Assembly (NCBI GenBank): GCA_963770565.1
Contig: CAVYQE010000001.1
Coordinates: 96,001 to 160,000, forward strand
Reading direction: 5' to 3'
Length of the DNA stretch: 64,000 nucleotides
Source: an uncultured Actinomycetota bacterium
GTDB lineage: Bacteria > Actinomycetota > Actinomycetes > JAFAQI01
Made by a program: the position numbers and the translations under genes. The notes below the pieces were generated by a model. The model saw nothing but the letters and a program-made list of their open reading frames with translations, was not told where the DNA came from and did not search any database. Position 1 is the first letter of the stretch, and each line of letters starts with the position of its first letter. This document shows, piece by piece, positions 9,785 to 20,778 of the stretch.

Positions 9785-9884
9785 TTACCTTAATGCAACC
9801 TCTTGCTCGACGCGAATTGCCGGCCAAAAGGCCCGAGCCGTTGCCCCACCCTCCCGCCCGGCGCATTGCCCCGAGGACGACACC

Positions 9885-10121
9885 ATGAGCGAACTGATTC
9901 CGCTGGATCGTATGCGGGCGGGCGAAATCGCCCAAATCGTCGAGGTCGTCGGTCGTCCCGAGCAGGTGCAACGCATCAAGGAGCTTGGCTTGCGCGGCGG
10001 CGTCGAGGTGGCGATGGTTTGTGCCGGGCGGCCCTGCATTCTCCGTTTGGCGGGACAAACACTCAGTTTTCGTGCGAATGAGTTTCTCAATGTGCTGGTC
10101 CGGCCCGCCGTGACCGCCTGA
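9885..10121 (+). CDS. feoA: Ferrous iron transport protein A
   Basis: 'LIPLDRMRAGE.AQIVEV.G....QRIKELGLRGG.EV......PCIL' SH3-like FeoA pattern; GAGGA RBS. Confidence 0.85.
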   Translation: MSELIPLDRMRAGEIAQIVEVVGRPEQVQRIKELGLRGGVEVAMVCAGRPCILRLAGQTLSFRANEFLNVLVRPAVTA

Positions 10122-10132
10122 ATTGCGCTCTC

Positions 10133-10359
10133 ATGTGGCTCAACGAATTGGCGATCGGCGATAAGGCGCGGGTCGTTCGCGTCAACGGATTGGACGATGT
10201 GCAGCGCGCGGCTGCTGGAAATGGGTCTGACGCCTGGCGTCGGACTGGCGATTCTCGGCGCGCGCGCCGATGGGCGATCCGATCGAATTGGAATTGCGCG
10301 GCTACCGGCTGAGCGTCCGCAAATCGGAAGCGGCCCGCGTCGAAGTGGAAGCCCTCTAA
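10133..10359 (+). CDS. feoA: Ferrous iron transport protein A, second copy (frameshifted)
   Basis: '[14 protein letters not shown]', '[10 protein letters not shown]', '[27 protein letters not shown]' across frames. Confidence 0.85.
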
Positions 10360-10408
10360 GCCGACTGCACGCGTCCGTCCTGCCTTCGTGCCCCTGCCCC
10401 CTGCTCCC

Positions 10409-12753
10409 ATGCCCGCCACCATTCTGCCGACGAAAACGCTGACGGTGGCTTTGATCGGCAACCCGAATACGGGCAAATCGACGCTGTTCACGGCGCTGGC
10501 CGGCGTGCGGCAACGGGTGGGCAACTATCCGGGCGTGACGGTCGAGAAGAAAATCGGCCATCTGGAATATGCCGGCCAGCGGTTTGCGCTGGTCGATCTG
10601 CCCGGCACCTATAGCCTCGCGCCCCGATCGCCGGACGAAATGGTGGCGGTCGATGTGCTGCTGGGGCGGCGCGGCGACGTGGCGGCCGCCCGACGTGGTG
10701 CTCTGCATCGTCGATGCCAGCAATTTGGAGCGGAATCTGTATCTCGTCAGCCAAGTGCTGGAACTCGGGCTGCCGACGGTCGTGGCGTTGAACATGATCG
10801 ACGTGGCCGCGGAGCGCGGCGTGAAGATCGACGTTCCTCGATTGGCCAAGCGGCTGGGCGTTCCCGTGATCGAAGTGCAGGCGAATCGCCATCAGGGGGT
10901 CGAGCAGCTCAAGGTGACGTTGGCGGCGGCCCCGAATCGGAGCCCCGGCTGCGATCGAGAGCCCGCTGCCGGAGGCATTTCAGGCCGAGGTGGCGCGGCT
11001 GTCGGCATTGTTGGCAACCAACGGGCGTGCGGCCGCGGCATCGACGGGAGTGCCACCAACGGAAGTGCCACCAACGGGAGTGCGGCCAAGCCGGGGCGGC
11101 CGGCATGGCCACGCTATCTCGTCGAACGCCTGCTGCTCGATACGAGCGGCTATCTCGAGCAATCGGCCGGCAACGGCGCGCACGGCGATTTGCCGACCGC
11201 GCTGCAGGCGGCGCGGGGCCGGCTCGCCGAGGCGGGCTGCCAGGTGCCGGGGATCGAGGCGATGGCCCGCTATGAATGGGTCGGCAAGATTCTCGATGGA
11301 GCCATCAGCCGGCCGACCGAGCGGTCGGTGTCGCTCACCGACAAGCTCGATCGGATTCTGACGAATCGCTTTTGGGGCACCGCCGTGTTCGCGGTGTTGA
11401 TGCTGCTGGTGTTCTCGTCGATTTTCATCGCCTCGAAGCCGCTGACGGATTCGATCGGCAAAGGCTCGGATTGGCTCGGCGGCCGCGTCGAAGCGATCAT
11501 CCCGGCCGGCGCACTGCAATCGCTGGTGTCGAAGGGGATAATTGCGGGGGCGGGCAGCGTGATCCAATTCCTGCCGCAAATCTTGATTTTGTTCGGGTTC
11601 ATCGCCGTGCTGGAGGATTGCGGCTACATGGCCCGCGCCGCCTATCTGATGGACCGGCTGATGGTCCGCGTGGGGCTCAGCGGCAAATCGTTCATCCCGC
11701 TGCTCTCCTCGTTCGCCTGCGCGATTCCGGGCGTCATGGCGACGCGCGTGATCGAAAACCGTCGCGACCGGCTGACGACGATCCTGGTCGCGCCGTTGAT
11801 GAGCTGCTCGGCGCGGCTGCCGGTCTATGCGCTGTTGATCGGGGCCTTCATTCCGGACCGCAACTTATCTCGGCGGCTGGCTCGGCCTGCAAGGACTGAC
11901 GCTCTTCGCGATGTATTTGGTCGGCATCGTCACGGCCGTGGCCGTCGGCGCTGGTGCTGAAGAAAACTCTGCTGCGCGGGGCGACGCCGCCGTTCGTGAT
12001 GGAGTTGCCTCCTTACAAAATCCCGTCCATCACGATCGTTCTGCAGCGGATGGTCGAGCGGGGGTGGACGTTCATGCGGCGGGCGGGAACGTTGATCGTG
12101 GCGGTGGCGGTCATCGTGTGGGCGTTGCTCTATTATCCGCACGATCCGGCGGTCGTCGCCCGCGATCTTGGGCAGCAGCAGTCGCGCGTCGAGCAACGGC
12201 TGGCGGCCACCGGCGCCGCGGCGCCGGCGGCCGCCGAGCGTCGAATCGCTCGAGCATGAGCTGGCCCGCTTCGGCGATGCCGACGAGCGCAAGAAGCTCG
12301 AGGCAGGCGCCTATCAGCGGCAGAGCCTGCTTGCCAAAATGGGGCATGGGATCGAGCCGGCGGTCCGGCCGCTGGGTTGGGATTGGCGGATCGGCTGCGC
12401 GGCGATCGCCTCGTTTCCGGCCCGCGAAGTCGTGCTCGGCACGCTGGGGGTGATTTACAACCTCGGCGACGAAGTCGATATGGACGACACGCAGGGACAA
12501 ACGCAGTTGCAGACCGAATTGCGGCGGGCCAAATGGGATGGCACCGAACCGCCCGGTGTATACGATTCCCGTGGCGCTGTCGTTGATGGTGTTTTTTGCT
12601 CTCGTGCGCCAGTGCGCGGCCACTTTGGCCGTCATCAAGCGCGAGACGAACAGTTGGAGATGGCCGATTTTCACCTTCACCTATATGACCGTTTTGGCGT
12701 ATATCGCCGCCTTGGCAACGTATCAGATCGGCGCCTGGATCGCCGGAGCGTGA
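10409..12753 (+). CDS. feoB: Ferrous iron transport protein B (several frameshifts)
   Basis: G1 '[11 protein letters not shown]', 'NYPGVTVE', 'DLPGTYS', 'NMID', '[11 protein letters not shown]', 'SFACAIPG', 'FVMELPPY', 'FPAREV'. Confidence 0.95.
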
Positions 12754-12828
12754 CCCCGGCGGCGAGCCGGATTTGCGCGGGCGGCGGCGGCGCTCGACAG
12801 ACATGAGATTCATTTGCGGGTGACTGGA

Positions 12829-13020
12829 ATGACTTTCGACTGGCAAACTGCGATCGCTGGGGCGCTGGTTCTCGCGGCGGCCGTCTATCTGGTCCGTTGC
12901 GGTTGGCGCGTAGTCGCCCGCAAAGGTGGCGGCTGCGGCTCATGCGGCCATTGTGCCGCCACAAAGACGCCGGCGGGCAAGCAACTCCTGACGCTCGACC
13001 CGCCGCGAAAGCCGTCGTAA
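12829..13020 (+). CDS. FeoB-associated small Cys-rich membrane protein
   Basis: 'DWQ' plus TM helix plus 'GGCGSCGHC', directly after feoB. Confidence 0.75.
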   Translation: MTFDWQTAIAGALVLAAAVYLVRCGWRVVARKGGGCGSCGHCAATKTPAGKQLLTLDPPRKPS

Positions 13021-13197
13021 GCGATGGCAACCGCCGATCGCAGCATCGGTCGCAATCGGAATACTAGCCCGACGCGCAAGCGAGGGACGCGCTTGACCGG
13101 CGTGCCTTTCTTCGTAGCGGTGGCTTCCAGCCGCCGTCAATCGGTTTTTGATTGTGGCGTTTGGCGACCGCCGGTAGAGCGGCTCTCCGCGAGGCTA

Positions 13198-13620
13198 GGC
13201 TGTGCAAAATCAGCCGTCCGCATGTCCGAAAGTTTATCCGCTTTTTGTTCCGCTCAGGCGCACGGCGTGGTCGGCCGAGTCCGTTTCGACAGCAACCCCA
13301 ACGGGGTTACGGCTCTAGCCCAGGGTTGTTCGCCGTAGGCGAACTACCCTGGGTTCGAATCGGCGCAACAGCTTTTCAACCCCAACGGGGTTGCGGCCGA
13401 CGTCGCACGCCGGCGCGGGCCGCAACCCCGTTGGGGTTGTGAAGAAACAGGATTTGTTGCCTTTCGGACCCAGGGTAGGCCGCTGGCGCGGTCAACCCTG
13501 GGCTAGAGCCGTAACCCCGTTGGGGTTGAAGCAAGGCGCGGCAGTGTCCGATCGCGGAACAAAAAACCGCCCAAACCGCCGATTCCAATTCGATCTGAAA
13601 CCGTCACAGATTTCACAGCC
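13198..13620. mobile_element. GGCTGTG-ended MITE (copy A) carrying AACCCCAACGGGGTT REP cargo
   Basis: TA|GGCTGTGCAAAAT ... ATTTCACAGCC|TA; subterminal TTTTTGTTCCG / CGGAACAAAAA; four internal CAACCCC(AAC/GTT)GGGGTT palindromes. Confidence 0.8.
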
Positions 13621-13624
13621 TACC

Positions 13625-13733
13625 CCGAGCCGTCCGATCGAATCGGGACGGCTCGGGAGAGCCGTCCGATCGAATCCAGACGGCTCGGGAGAGCGTCCGA
13701 TCGAATCCAGACGGCTCGGGAGAGCCGTCCTAC
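13625..13733. repeat. Tandem ~31-bp REP array (GACGGCTCGGGAGAGCCGTCC)
   Basis: Three to four head-to-tail copies; the same REP occurs at ~34251-34274 and 47764-47820. Confidence 0.8.
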
Positions 13734-13816
13734 ACTCGCCTTCGGCAAGCGGCGGTGCGGCGATTCCCTCGCTAGCGCTTCGGGCTAGTGTGCCGAGCGC
13801 TCGCGCCAATTGGGAA

Positions 13817-14885
13817 TCAGCCCACCCATTTCACGGCCGCCGATTTCACGAGGCAGACCACCTCGGCGTTCACTTCCAGGCCAAGTTCGCGGGCGGATTC
13901 TCGCGTCACTTCCGCCCACAGCAAGACGCCCGCGTCGATCGCCACGAACATGCGCTCGGCCAGCGGCACCATCTCGCGGACGCGGCCGGGAAACTGATTG
14001 CGAATGCTCAGGCCGGCGATCGGCGCACAGGCTCAGGGCGACGTCGCTGGGCAGAAACTGCACGTAAACCGGCGCGGCCCGCTCCCCGGCGGCGCCTGGC
14101 AAGCGAAGCGGATGCCCTCCGACGCGCCCTTCCCAACGGCCCGCGACCTGCCGCACGTCGTCAACGCGCACCAGATTGAGCGGGCCGGGGCGCGATTGCA
14201 TCTTGGCGATGACGGCTGCGTCGAGCGCGGCGACCGTCGGCCCGGCATCGACCACTTTTCCCGCTTCGAGCACGACGACCCGCTCGGCGAGCCGGCGGAC
14301 GTCGGCCTGATCGTGGCTGACGAACAGCGTCGGAATCCGCCACTCGGCAAGCGCCCGTTCCAGATAGTCGAGAATCCGCTGCTTGAGGCCCCGATCCAGG
14401 GCCGTCAGCGGCTCATCCATCATCAACAGGGCCGGGCCGCGCAGGATGCCGCGGCCCAGGGCGACGCGCTGCTGCTGCCCGCCGCTGAGCTGCTGCGGAT
14501 AGCGATCCAACAGGCCGCCGAGTTCGAGAATCTCGACCAATTTGGCCAGCCCAATCGGCTTGGTCTTCTGCCGCCGTTGGCCGAACCGCAAGTTGTCGGC
14601 CACCGTCAGATGCGGAAACAGCCGATGCTCCTGGAAGATGACGCCGACCTGCCGCTTTTCCGGCGGCAGGCAGATTCGCCGGGCCACGTCGAGCCAAACG
14701 GTTTCGCCCAGCGCGATCCGTCCGGCTTGGGGCCGCAACACGCCGGCGATCAGGGCCAGGCAGGTGCTCTTGCCGGCCCCCGACGGTCCGAACAGCGCGG
14801 TCACTCCGCCGTCGATCTCGAACCGCGCATCGAGTTCGAAACCGGAGGCAAAGCGGTGGCGGCAATCGAATTCGAGGCGGCGCAT
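13817..14885 (-). CDS. modC: Molybdate ABC transporter ATP-binding subunit (frameshift in the TOBE region)
   Basis: 'GPSGAGKS', 'FQEHRLFPHLTV', 'LSGGQQQRVALGR', 'LMMDEP'; C-terminal 'SIRNQFPG...VKSAAVKWVG' in a shifted frame. Confidence 0.9.
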
Positions 14886-14889
14886 GGCG

Positions 14890-15578
14890 TCAGGTCGGCG
14901 ACCGCTCCCCGCGCCCGCGACGATCGAGATACTCGCCGAGCGCCATGGCGGCGGCCGCGATGACGATCGACGCGGCGACGAGCCGCCAGGCTCGCTCCGC
15001 GCCGTCGGGCGATTCGAGCAAATTGTAGATCGCCAGCGGCATCGTCCGGGTCTCGCCGGGGATGTTGCCGGCGATCATGATCGTGGCCCCGAATTCGCCC
15101 AAGCCGCGGGCGAAGGCCAGCACGGCCCCGGCGACGACGCCGTTGCGCCCAGCGGCAGAGTGACGTGAAAGAACGTGTCCCAGGGGCCGGCGCCGAGAGT
15201 CCCGCGCCGCCTGTTCGAGCCGCGGATCGACATTCGAGAATGCCAACCGCATCGAGCGGACCATGAACGGAAATCCCATCACGGCCGCGGCCAAGGCGGC
15301 CCCTTTCCAATCGAAGACGATTTGCCAACCGAATCCTCGATCGAGCCAGCGACCGATAAATCCCCGGCGGCCGAATGTCACCAGCAGCAGATAGCCGGTC
15401 ACAACCGGCGGCAGCACCAGCGGCAGATTGACGAGCGTTTCGACAAGCGTTTTGCCGATGAATCGCCGCCGCGCCAAAAGCCAAGCCAGCGCCATCCCCA
15501 ACGGCAGACTCGCCACGACTCCCGAGAGCGCACCCACAGGCTCAGCTTCACGGCGGAGAATTCTTCGGCGGTGAACAT
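14890..15578 (-). CDS. modB: Molybdate ABC transporter permease (frameshifted)
   Basis: 'NLPLVLPPVVTGYLLL', 'FARGLGEFGATIMIAGNIPGETRTMPLAIY'. Confidence 0.92.
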
Positions 15579-15593
15579 GCCAGCCCCCGGGCC

Positions 15594-16400
15594 TCATTTC
15601 AACCGCGTAAAACCGAATTGCGCGAACACGGCGGCCGCCTTGTCGGAGAGCAGATAGGCTTCGAATTTCGTGGCGGCCGGGTTGCGCTTGCCGCGCTTGG
15701 TCAGCACCAGGGGATAAACGATTTTGGCGTGGGTCTGCGGATCGAACGTGTAGACGGCGGTCACTTTCGTGGACAGCTTCGCGTCGGTGGCATACACGAT
15801 CCCCGCCTCGACTTCGCCCCGCTCGACGTAGCCGAGCGCCGCCCGCACGTCTTCGCCGCGGACGATCTTGCGTTGTCCGGCGAGCCGCCGATAGAGCTGC
15901 AGCTTTTCGAGCGATTGTTGGGCGTAGATTCCGGCGGGCACTTTTTCGCCGGCCAACGCGATCCGCCGCACCGGCTGCTTGGCCAGATCGGCCGGCGCGG
16001 CGATTTTCGCCGGGTTTCCCCGCGGGACGACAATCACCAAGCCGTTGCCCAACAGCGGCCGCACGTCGGCGGCCAATCCTTCGGTGCGCACTTTTTCGGC
16101 CCATTGCCGATTGGCCGAAAGGTAGAGATCGGCCGGAGCCCCGTTGATAATCTGGTTGGCCAGGGCGTTCGACGGTCCGGGACTGATGACGATTTTGACG
16201 CCGGTCTTTTTTTCGAACGCTCGGGCGATTTCCGCGACGGCGTCTTGGGTGCTCGCCGCGACGAGGATCGTGGCGGAGGGAAGCGGCGCATCGGCGGCCG
16301 CCGCAGCCTGCGGCGCGATCGCGATCGCAATCGCGCCGAGCGCCGCGGCCAGCTTCAGGATGCGGCCAAGCGGCCGATTCGGTGGGCAAATGCCGGACAT
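15594..16400 (-). CDS. modA: Molybdate ABC transporter substrate-binding protein
   Basis: Signal peptide, 'AASTQDA', 'GPSNALANQI.NGAPADLYLSAN', 'VPAGIYA', 'DVRAALGYVERGE..AGIVYATDA'. Confidence 0.93.
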   Translation of the reverse strand: MSGICPPNRPLGRILKLAAALGAIAIAIAPQAAAAADAPLPSATILVAASTQDAVAEIARAFEKKTGVKIVISPGPSNALANQIINGAPADLYLSANRQWAEKVRTEGLAADVRPLLGNGLVIVVPRGNPAKIAAPADLAKQPVRRIALAGEKVPAGIYAQQSLEKLQLYRRLAGQRKIVRGEDVRAALGYVERGEVEAGIVYATDAKLSTKVTAVYTFDPQTHAKIVYPLVLTKRGKRNPAATKFEAYLLSDKAAAVFAQFGFTRLK

Positions 16401-16515
16401 GTTGCAACACGCAGTTGGCCAATGGCTGCTTCGGAAAGCTGCGCAGCGGCGCCTCGAAATCTCGGCGGACGCCGCGACAACACAGGCGTCATTCTAACAC
16501 GGGAGCGGCCCCCTT

Positions 16516-16684
16516 GGAGCCTGTCCGAGAACCGGTAAATCTTCCGGGCGGCATCGCCAAAAGAGGGTCGGGAGTCGATTTCGCGATGATGCCGGTTGGC
16601 ACTACGGGTCGTTCAGCGAGCGAAATCGACTCCCGACCCCTTTTCGCGGCGAGCATCACGCCGCGGCCCGTTCTTGGACAGGCC
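16516..16684. mobile_element. GAGCCTGTC-ended MITE with GGGTCGGGAGTCGATTTCGC palindromic core
   Basis: TIR GCCTGTCCGAGAAC ... GTTCTTGGACAGGC; same family at 28673-28855, 38783-38955, 42996-43167, 45812-46153 and 59177-59356. Confidence 0.8.
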
Positions 16685-17182
16685 ACGGAATTCCTGCGAG
16701 TTGTCATGCCGCGGAGCGGCACTCCGGACTGTGGAAATAGCCGATTTACGAAGGCTTTAGCTGCATTTTTCGGGGGCAATTCCGCTACCAAATACGCCGT
16801 GCTAGCAACCCCGTCGCCAGGCATATTCCCCCTAGCTGCCCCAGTTTTCGGCCCCGATCCGCCTTGCCATTTTCGGGCGATGTGGATATGAATTGTGCCC
16901 GAAATTGGCGTTTCGCGCGATGAAGATGGCCAGAGGGGGGCCATGGTTCCGAATACGAAGTTAGAGGCCGAGGCCGTTTGCCGGCGGTTCCCGATCGCCG
17001 TGTTTCGCAAACGCTCGGGAAGTCGGTTTCGGCAAGCGAGTGCAGGTTCCGAAGGTCGTCCGCGCCTTCGTCGGCGACTCCGGCGAAGGGCATAGTCGCC
17101 GCGTCGTCGAGGTCGGGCCCGCGACGTGGATCGTGGCCAAGCCGCATTGTCTCCAGGGAGCCGTTGGGTGGTCGCATCGGGC

Positions 17183-18025
17183 GTGAATTCGAGCGGGCTT
17201 CGGCCGCGCGGCGCAGGGGGGCCGCGGCGCGGCATGGCTCGCGCTGGCGGCAGCGCTGCTGCTCGCGGGTTGCCGACTCACTCCGACGAACGATCGCGAT
17301 TCGGCGCACCGAATTGTCGAAATTGGCCACCGCCGACTTCCGCGGCGACGTGGTAACGATTCACAACGTCCGGGATTGCGTCTATCGCTCGGAAAACGAT
17401 TTCGACGTTCACTACGAAGACCGCTCGTACCGATCTGTCGAAAGTCGATTCGGTCGATTACATCCTGGTGCCGTTTGCCGACATGCCGCGGGTGGCCCAC
17501 ACGTTTCTCAGCTTCGGCTTTCAGGGAGGCCAATATCTGGCGATCTCGATCGAAGTCCGCCGGCAGCGCGGCGAGGCGTATTCGCCCGTCCGGGATTTCT
17601 TCAACCAGAACGAGATTATTTACGTCGTCGGCGACGAGCGCGATCTGATCCGTCTGCGGACGAATATCCGCAAAGACGACGTCTATCTCTATCATGCCCG
17701 CACCACGCCGGCCGAATCGCAGGCGCTGTTCGTCGATATGCTCGAGCGAGCGAACAAGCTGGCCGTCAAGCCGGAATTCTACAACACGTTGACGAACAAC
17801 TGCACGACGAATCTGGTGGCCCACGTGAACCACGTGATTCCGCACAAGATTCCTTATACCTATCAGGTGCTGCTGCCGGGGCTGTCCGACAGGCTGGCCT
17901 ACAGTCTGGGTCTGATTCAGGCGCACGGCTCCTTCGACGCCACGCGGGCCGAGGCCCGAATCAATCGCTTGGCTTATATCTATCGCGACAGCCCCGATTT
18001 TTCGGAGCGGATTCGCCGGTTTTGA
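17183..18025 (+). CDS. DUF4105 (Lnb N-terminal-like) lipoprotein (frameshifted; start approximate)
   Basis: Lipobox 'LLLAGC'; 'VTIHNVR', 'AHTFLSFGF', 'SIEVRR', 'DERDLIRLRT', 'FYNTLTNNCTT'. Confidence 0.8.
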
Positions 18026-18120
18026 GGCGCCGACGACGCCAAAAAACTCGGCGACGCCAAACGGCGACGCCAAAGGGTCCGGCGACGCCAAAGGGTCGGG
18101 AGTCGATTTCGCAAATCCCG

Positions 18121-18526
18121 AGGATTTTCGCCTCACCCACTCGAAAACTCAGTACAGCCGGTTTTAGGAACACTAATCGGCGCTAATCGCGCTAATTAGC
18201 GCTGATTAGCGAGGATTAGTGTTCCCGATCTGTCATGCCGCCGTGCTTTCTCGCTCTCGGTTTTTCCGTGACCTCGTGTAAAAAACTTGGTTGCGGCCCG
18301 ACGGCTGCGCTATGCAATCTGTGGATGAAAAACATTTCTGGATATTCCGGGTCTTGAGTGGCCCGACAGCCGGCGTTCCGACATATCGTAGACCCCCATC
18401 ACTCCAGGCCGGCAACCCGGCCTGCTGGCACCCTTCTCGCCTCCGAAACACCGCTACGCTTACCATAAGGCGGGATGCGCGAATTGCGAGGATTTTCGTA
18501 TCGCCCACTCAAAACCCAGTACAGCC
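18121..18526 (-). mobile_element. ~400-bp dispersed element (copy 2) followed by a truncated second head
   Basis: Reverse-complement match to 7570-7975; the ~38-bp head (AGGATTTTCG...CAGTACAGCC) is present twice, at 18121-18159 and 18489-18526. Confidence 0.8.
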
Positions 18527-18627
18527 TTTTCAAGTAGCCGCGGCATTAATGCGGGGGGGACTCGGCAGGGAACGAACGACGGCAGCCCGCTCGGGAGTCG
18601 GAAAAGCTCGTTGAGTTGGCGGCGTTC

Positions 18628-19042
18628 GGCTGTTCAATTTGCTTATTCGAAAATCCGCGATAATCCGCAATCCGCGGCAAGAAACAAGCATTTTGCCGCG
18701 GATTTCGCGGATCGAGGAAAGCGCGGCAGTCGTCAGTGGGCTTCGCTTCGGCGGCTTCAGCCGTGGGCCGTTTTGTAGATAGTGGCCGCGCCACCTCCAG
18801 CGCCGAGTGGCTAAAGCCGGTCCAAGACGGGTAAGTCCCCTGAAGGGGACTGCAATCGCCGGAGGGAGACGCGGTCCCAGGCATAAATGCCTAGGCTACA
18901 TATAAGGCGGGGGCCGAGGCTATGCGAGACCGACGGGTCGGCCACGACTCGAGTTGCTTCCGAAGCGCACAGCGCACGGAACAAAAACCAACCAAACCGC
19001 CCCGCCCCGACGACCGCAACGAATCGAGCATATTTCACAGCC
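18628..19042. mobile_element. GGCTGT-ended MITE (copy B) with mixed palindromic cargo
   Basis: GGCTGTTCAATTT ... CGGAACAAAAA ... ATTTCACAGCC|TA; inside: GGCTTCAGCC, GGCTAAAGCC, GTCCCCTGAAGGGGAC, CCAGGCATAAATGCCTAGG. Confidence 0.65.
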
Positions 19043-19212
19043 TACCCCTCGGCGCCCTAGATCCCACGATCGCGCGACGAATTGCTTGGATAAATCAACC
19101 AACTTTGATATGATCCGGGTAGCTCGATCGCGGTTCGAGGAGGTGTTTTGCTCGAGTCGCGGCTGCGGCTTGGTTCCTTCCCGCCTGCTCCTTCTTCCCC
19201 AGGAGTCCCGCC

Positions 19213-20552
19213 ATGCTCACGATTCTCGGACAACCGCAACGGCAGCCGTTTTGCGACGGAGTGAAGCGCCGCGACTTCTTGAAGATCGGCGGCTTGGCGA
19301 TGGGGGGCCTGGCGCTGCCGGATTTGCTCCGGGCCGAGGCGCAGGCCGGCATCCGCGGCTCGCACAAAGCCGTGATCATGATCTTTCTGCCGGGCGGACC
19401 GCCGCATCTCGATTTTCTCGATCTCAAGCCGGATGCCCCGGCCGAAATCCGCGGAGAATTCTCGCCGCGCAAGACGAACGTGCCGGGCGTCGAGATTTGC
19501 GAATTGCTCCCGCGGCTCTCCGGCATGGCCGACAAGTTCGCCGTCGTGCGCACGATCGTCGGGGCGACGGGGAATCACTATTCCTTCCAATGCATGACAG
19601 GCCGCCCGCATCGCCGGCAGCCTCCCGGCGGCTGGCCGTCGATCGGCTCGTGCCTGTCGAAGCTCAAAGGGCCGGTTGATCCCTCGGTGCCCCCGTTCGT
19701 CGGACTGGCGCCGAAAATGGGACACATGCCCTGGGCCGATCCCGGGCAGCCGGGCTTTCTGGGCATTGCCCACGCGGCCTTCCAGCCCTCGGGCAACGGG
19801 CATGCCGACATGGTGCTCAACGGTATTTCGCTCGATCGGCTCCGCAACCGCCAGGCGCTGCTCAAGAGTTTCGACCGCTTTCGCCGCGACGCCGACACAA
19901 CCGGCGCGATGAAAGGGATGGATGCCTTCAATCGCCAGGCGCTCGGCGTGCTCACATCGAGCAAGCTGGCCGACGCGCTCGATCTGTCGAAGGAGGATCC
20001 GCGCCTGATCGAGCGCTATGGCCGCGGCAATCCCAAGAACCGCGCCGATGGCGGGCCGGCACTGATGTCGCACTTTCTCGTCGCCCGCCGCCTGGTCGAA
20101 GCCGGGGCGCGGTGCGTCACCTGCGCGTTCAGCCGCTGGGATTGGCACGGGCAAGACTTCAAGCGGGCCCGCGAGGACATGCCCATGTTGGATCAAGGCG
20201 TGAGCGCGTTGATCGAGGATTTGCACCACCGCGGGCTGGATCGCGATGTGTCGGTCGTCGTGTGGGGTGAATTCGGCCGCACACCGAAGATCAACACCAA
20301 CGCCGGCCGCGACCATTGGCCGCAAGTCAGTTGCGCCTGTTGGCCTGCGGGGGAATGCGCACCGGGCAAGTGATCGGGGCCACCAACCGGCTGGCCGAAT
20401 ATCCGACCGAGCGCCCCGTCACCTTCGGCGAGGTTTTTGCCACGCTGTATCATAATCTGGGGATCGACGTGAACACCACCACGCTGGGCGACCTCTCCGG
20501 CCGCCCGCAATATCTGGTCGATCACGTGCAGCCGATGGCGGAGTTGATTTGA
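19213..20552 (+). CDS. DUF1501 domain protein (frameshift near the 3' end)
   Basis: 'RRDFLKIG', '[15 protein letters not shown]', '[12 protein letters not shown]', 'WDWH', '[17 protein letters not shown]'. Confidence 0.92.
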
Positions 20553-20778
20553 TCGCCGCGAGTTTTTCCGACGCGAAAGCCGATCGGCGGCCCGGGCCGA
20601 TCGATTGCCGGGCCGATCGGTTGCCGCGGGCTTCACTGCCCCGTCGCATCGCTTTTGGATTTGCTCAGGGAAGCTGCGAAGTCGAATGCGAAAACCGAAG
20701 ATCGACGTGGAATGAATTCCACCGCAATCCGCAGCATTCGACTTTCCGTAAACTGCCTGTTTGGCATATAACTCCGCC

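Noticed and set aside
9089-9793. Recurrent short ORFs with 'KGGRESISP...AKSTPDPF' or 'LARRASEG' peptides
   Set aside because: These are translations of the REP/MITE repeats in various frames, not a protein family
11046-11090. 15-nt tandem repeat (GSATN) inside feoB
   Set aside because: Short linker expansion in a variable region; no evidence of function
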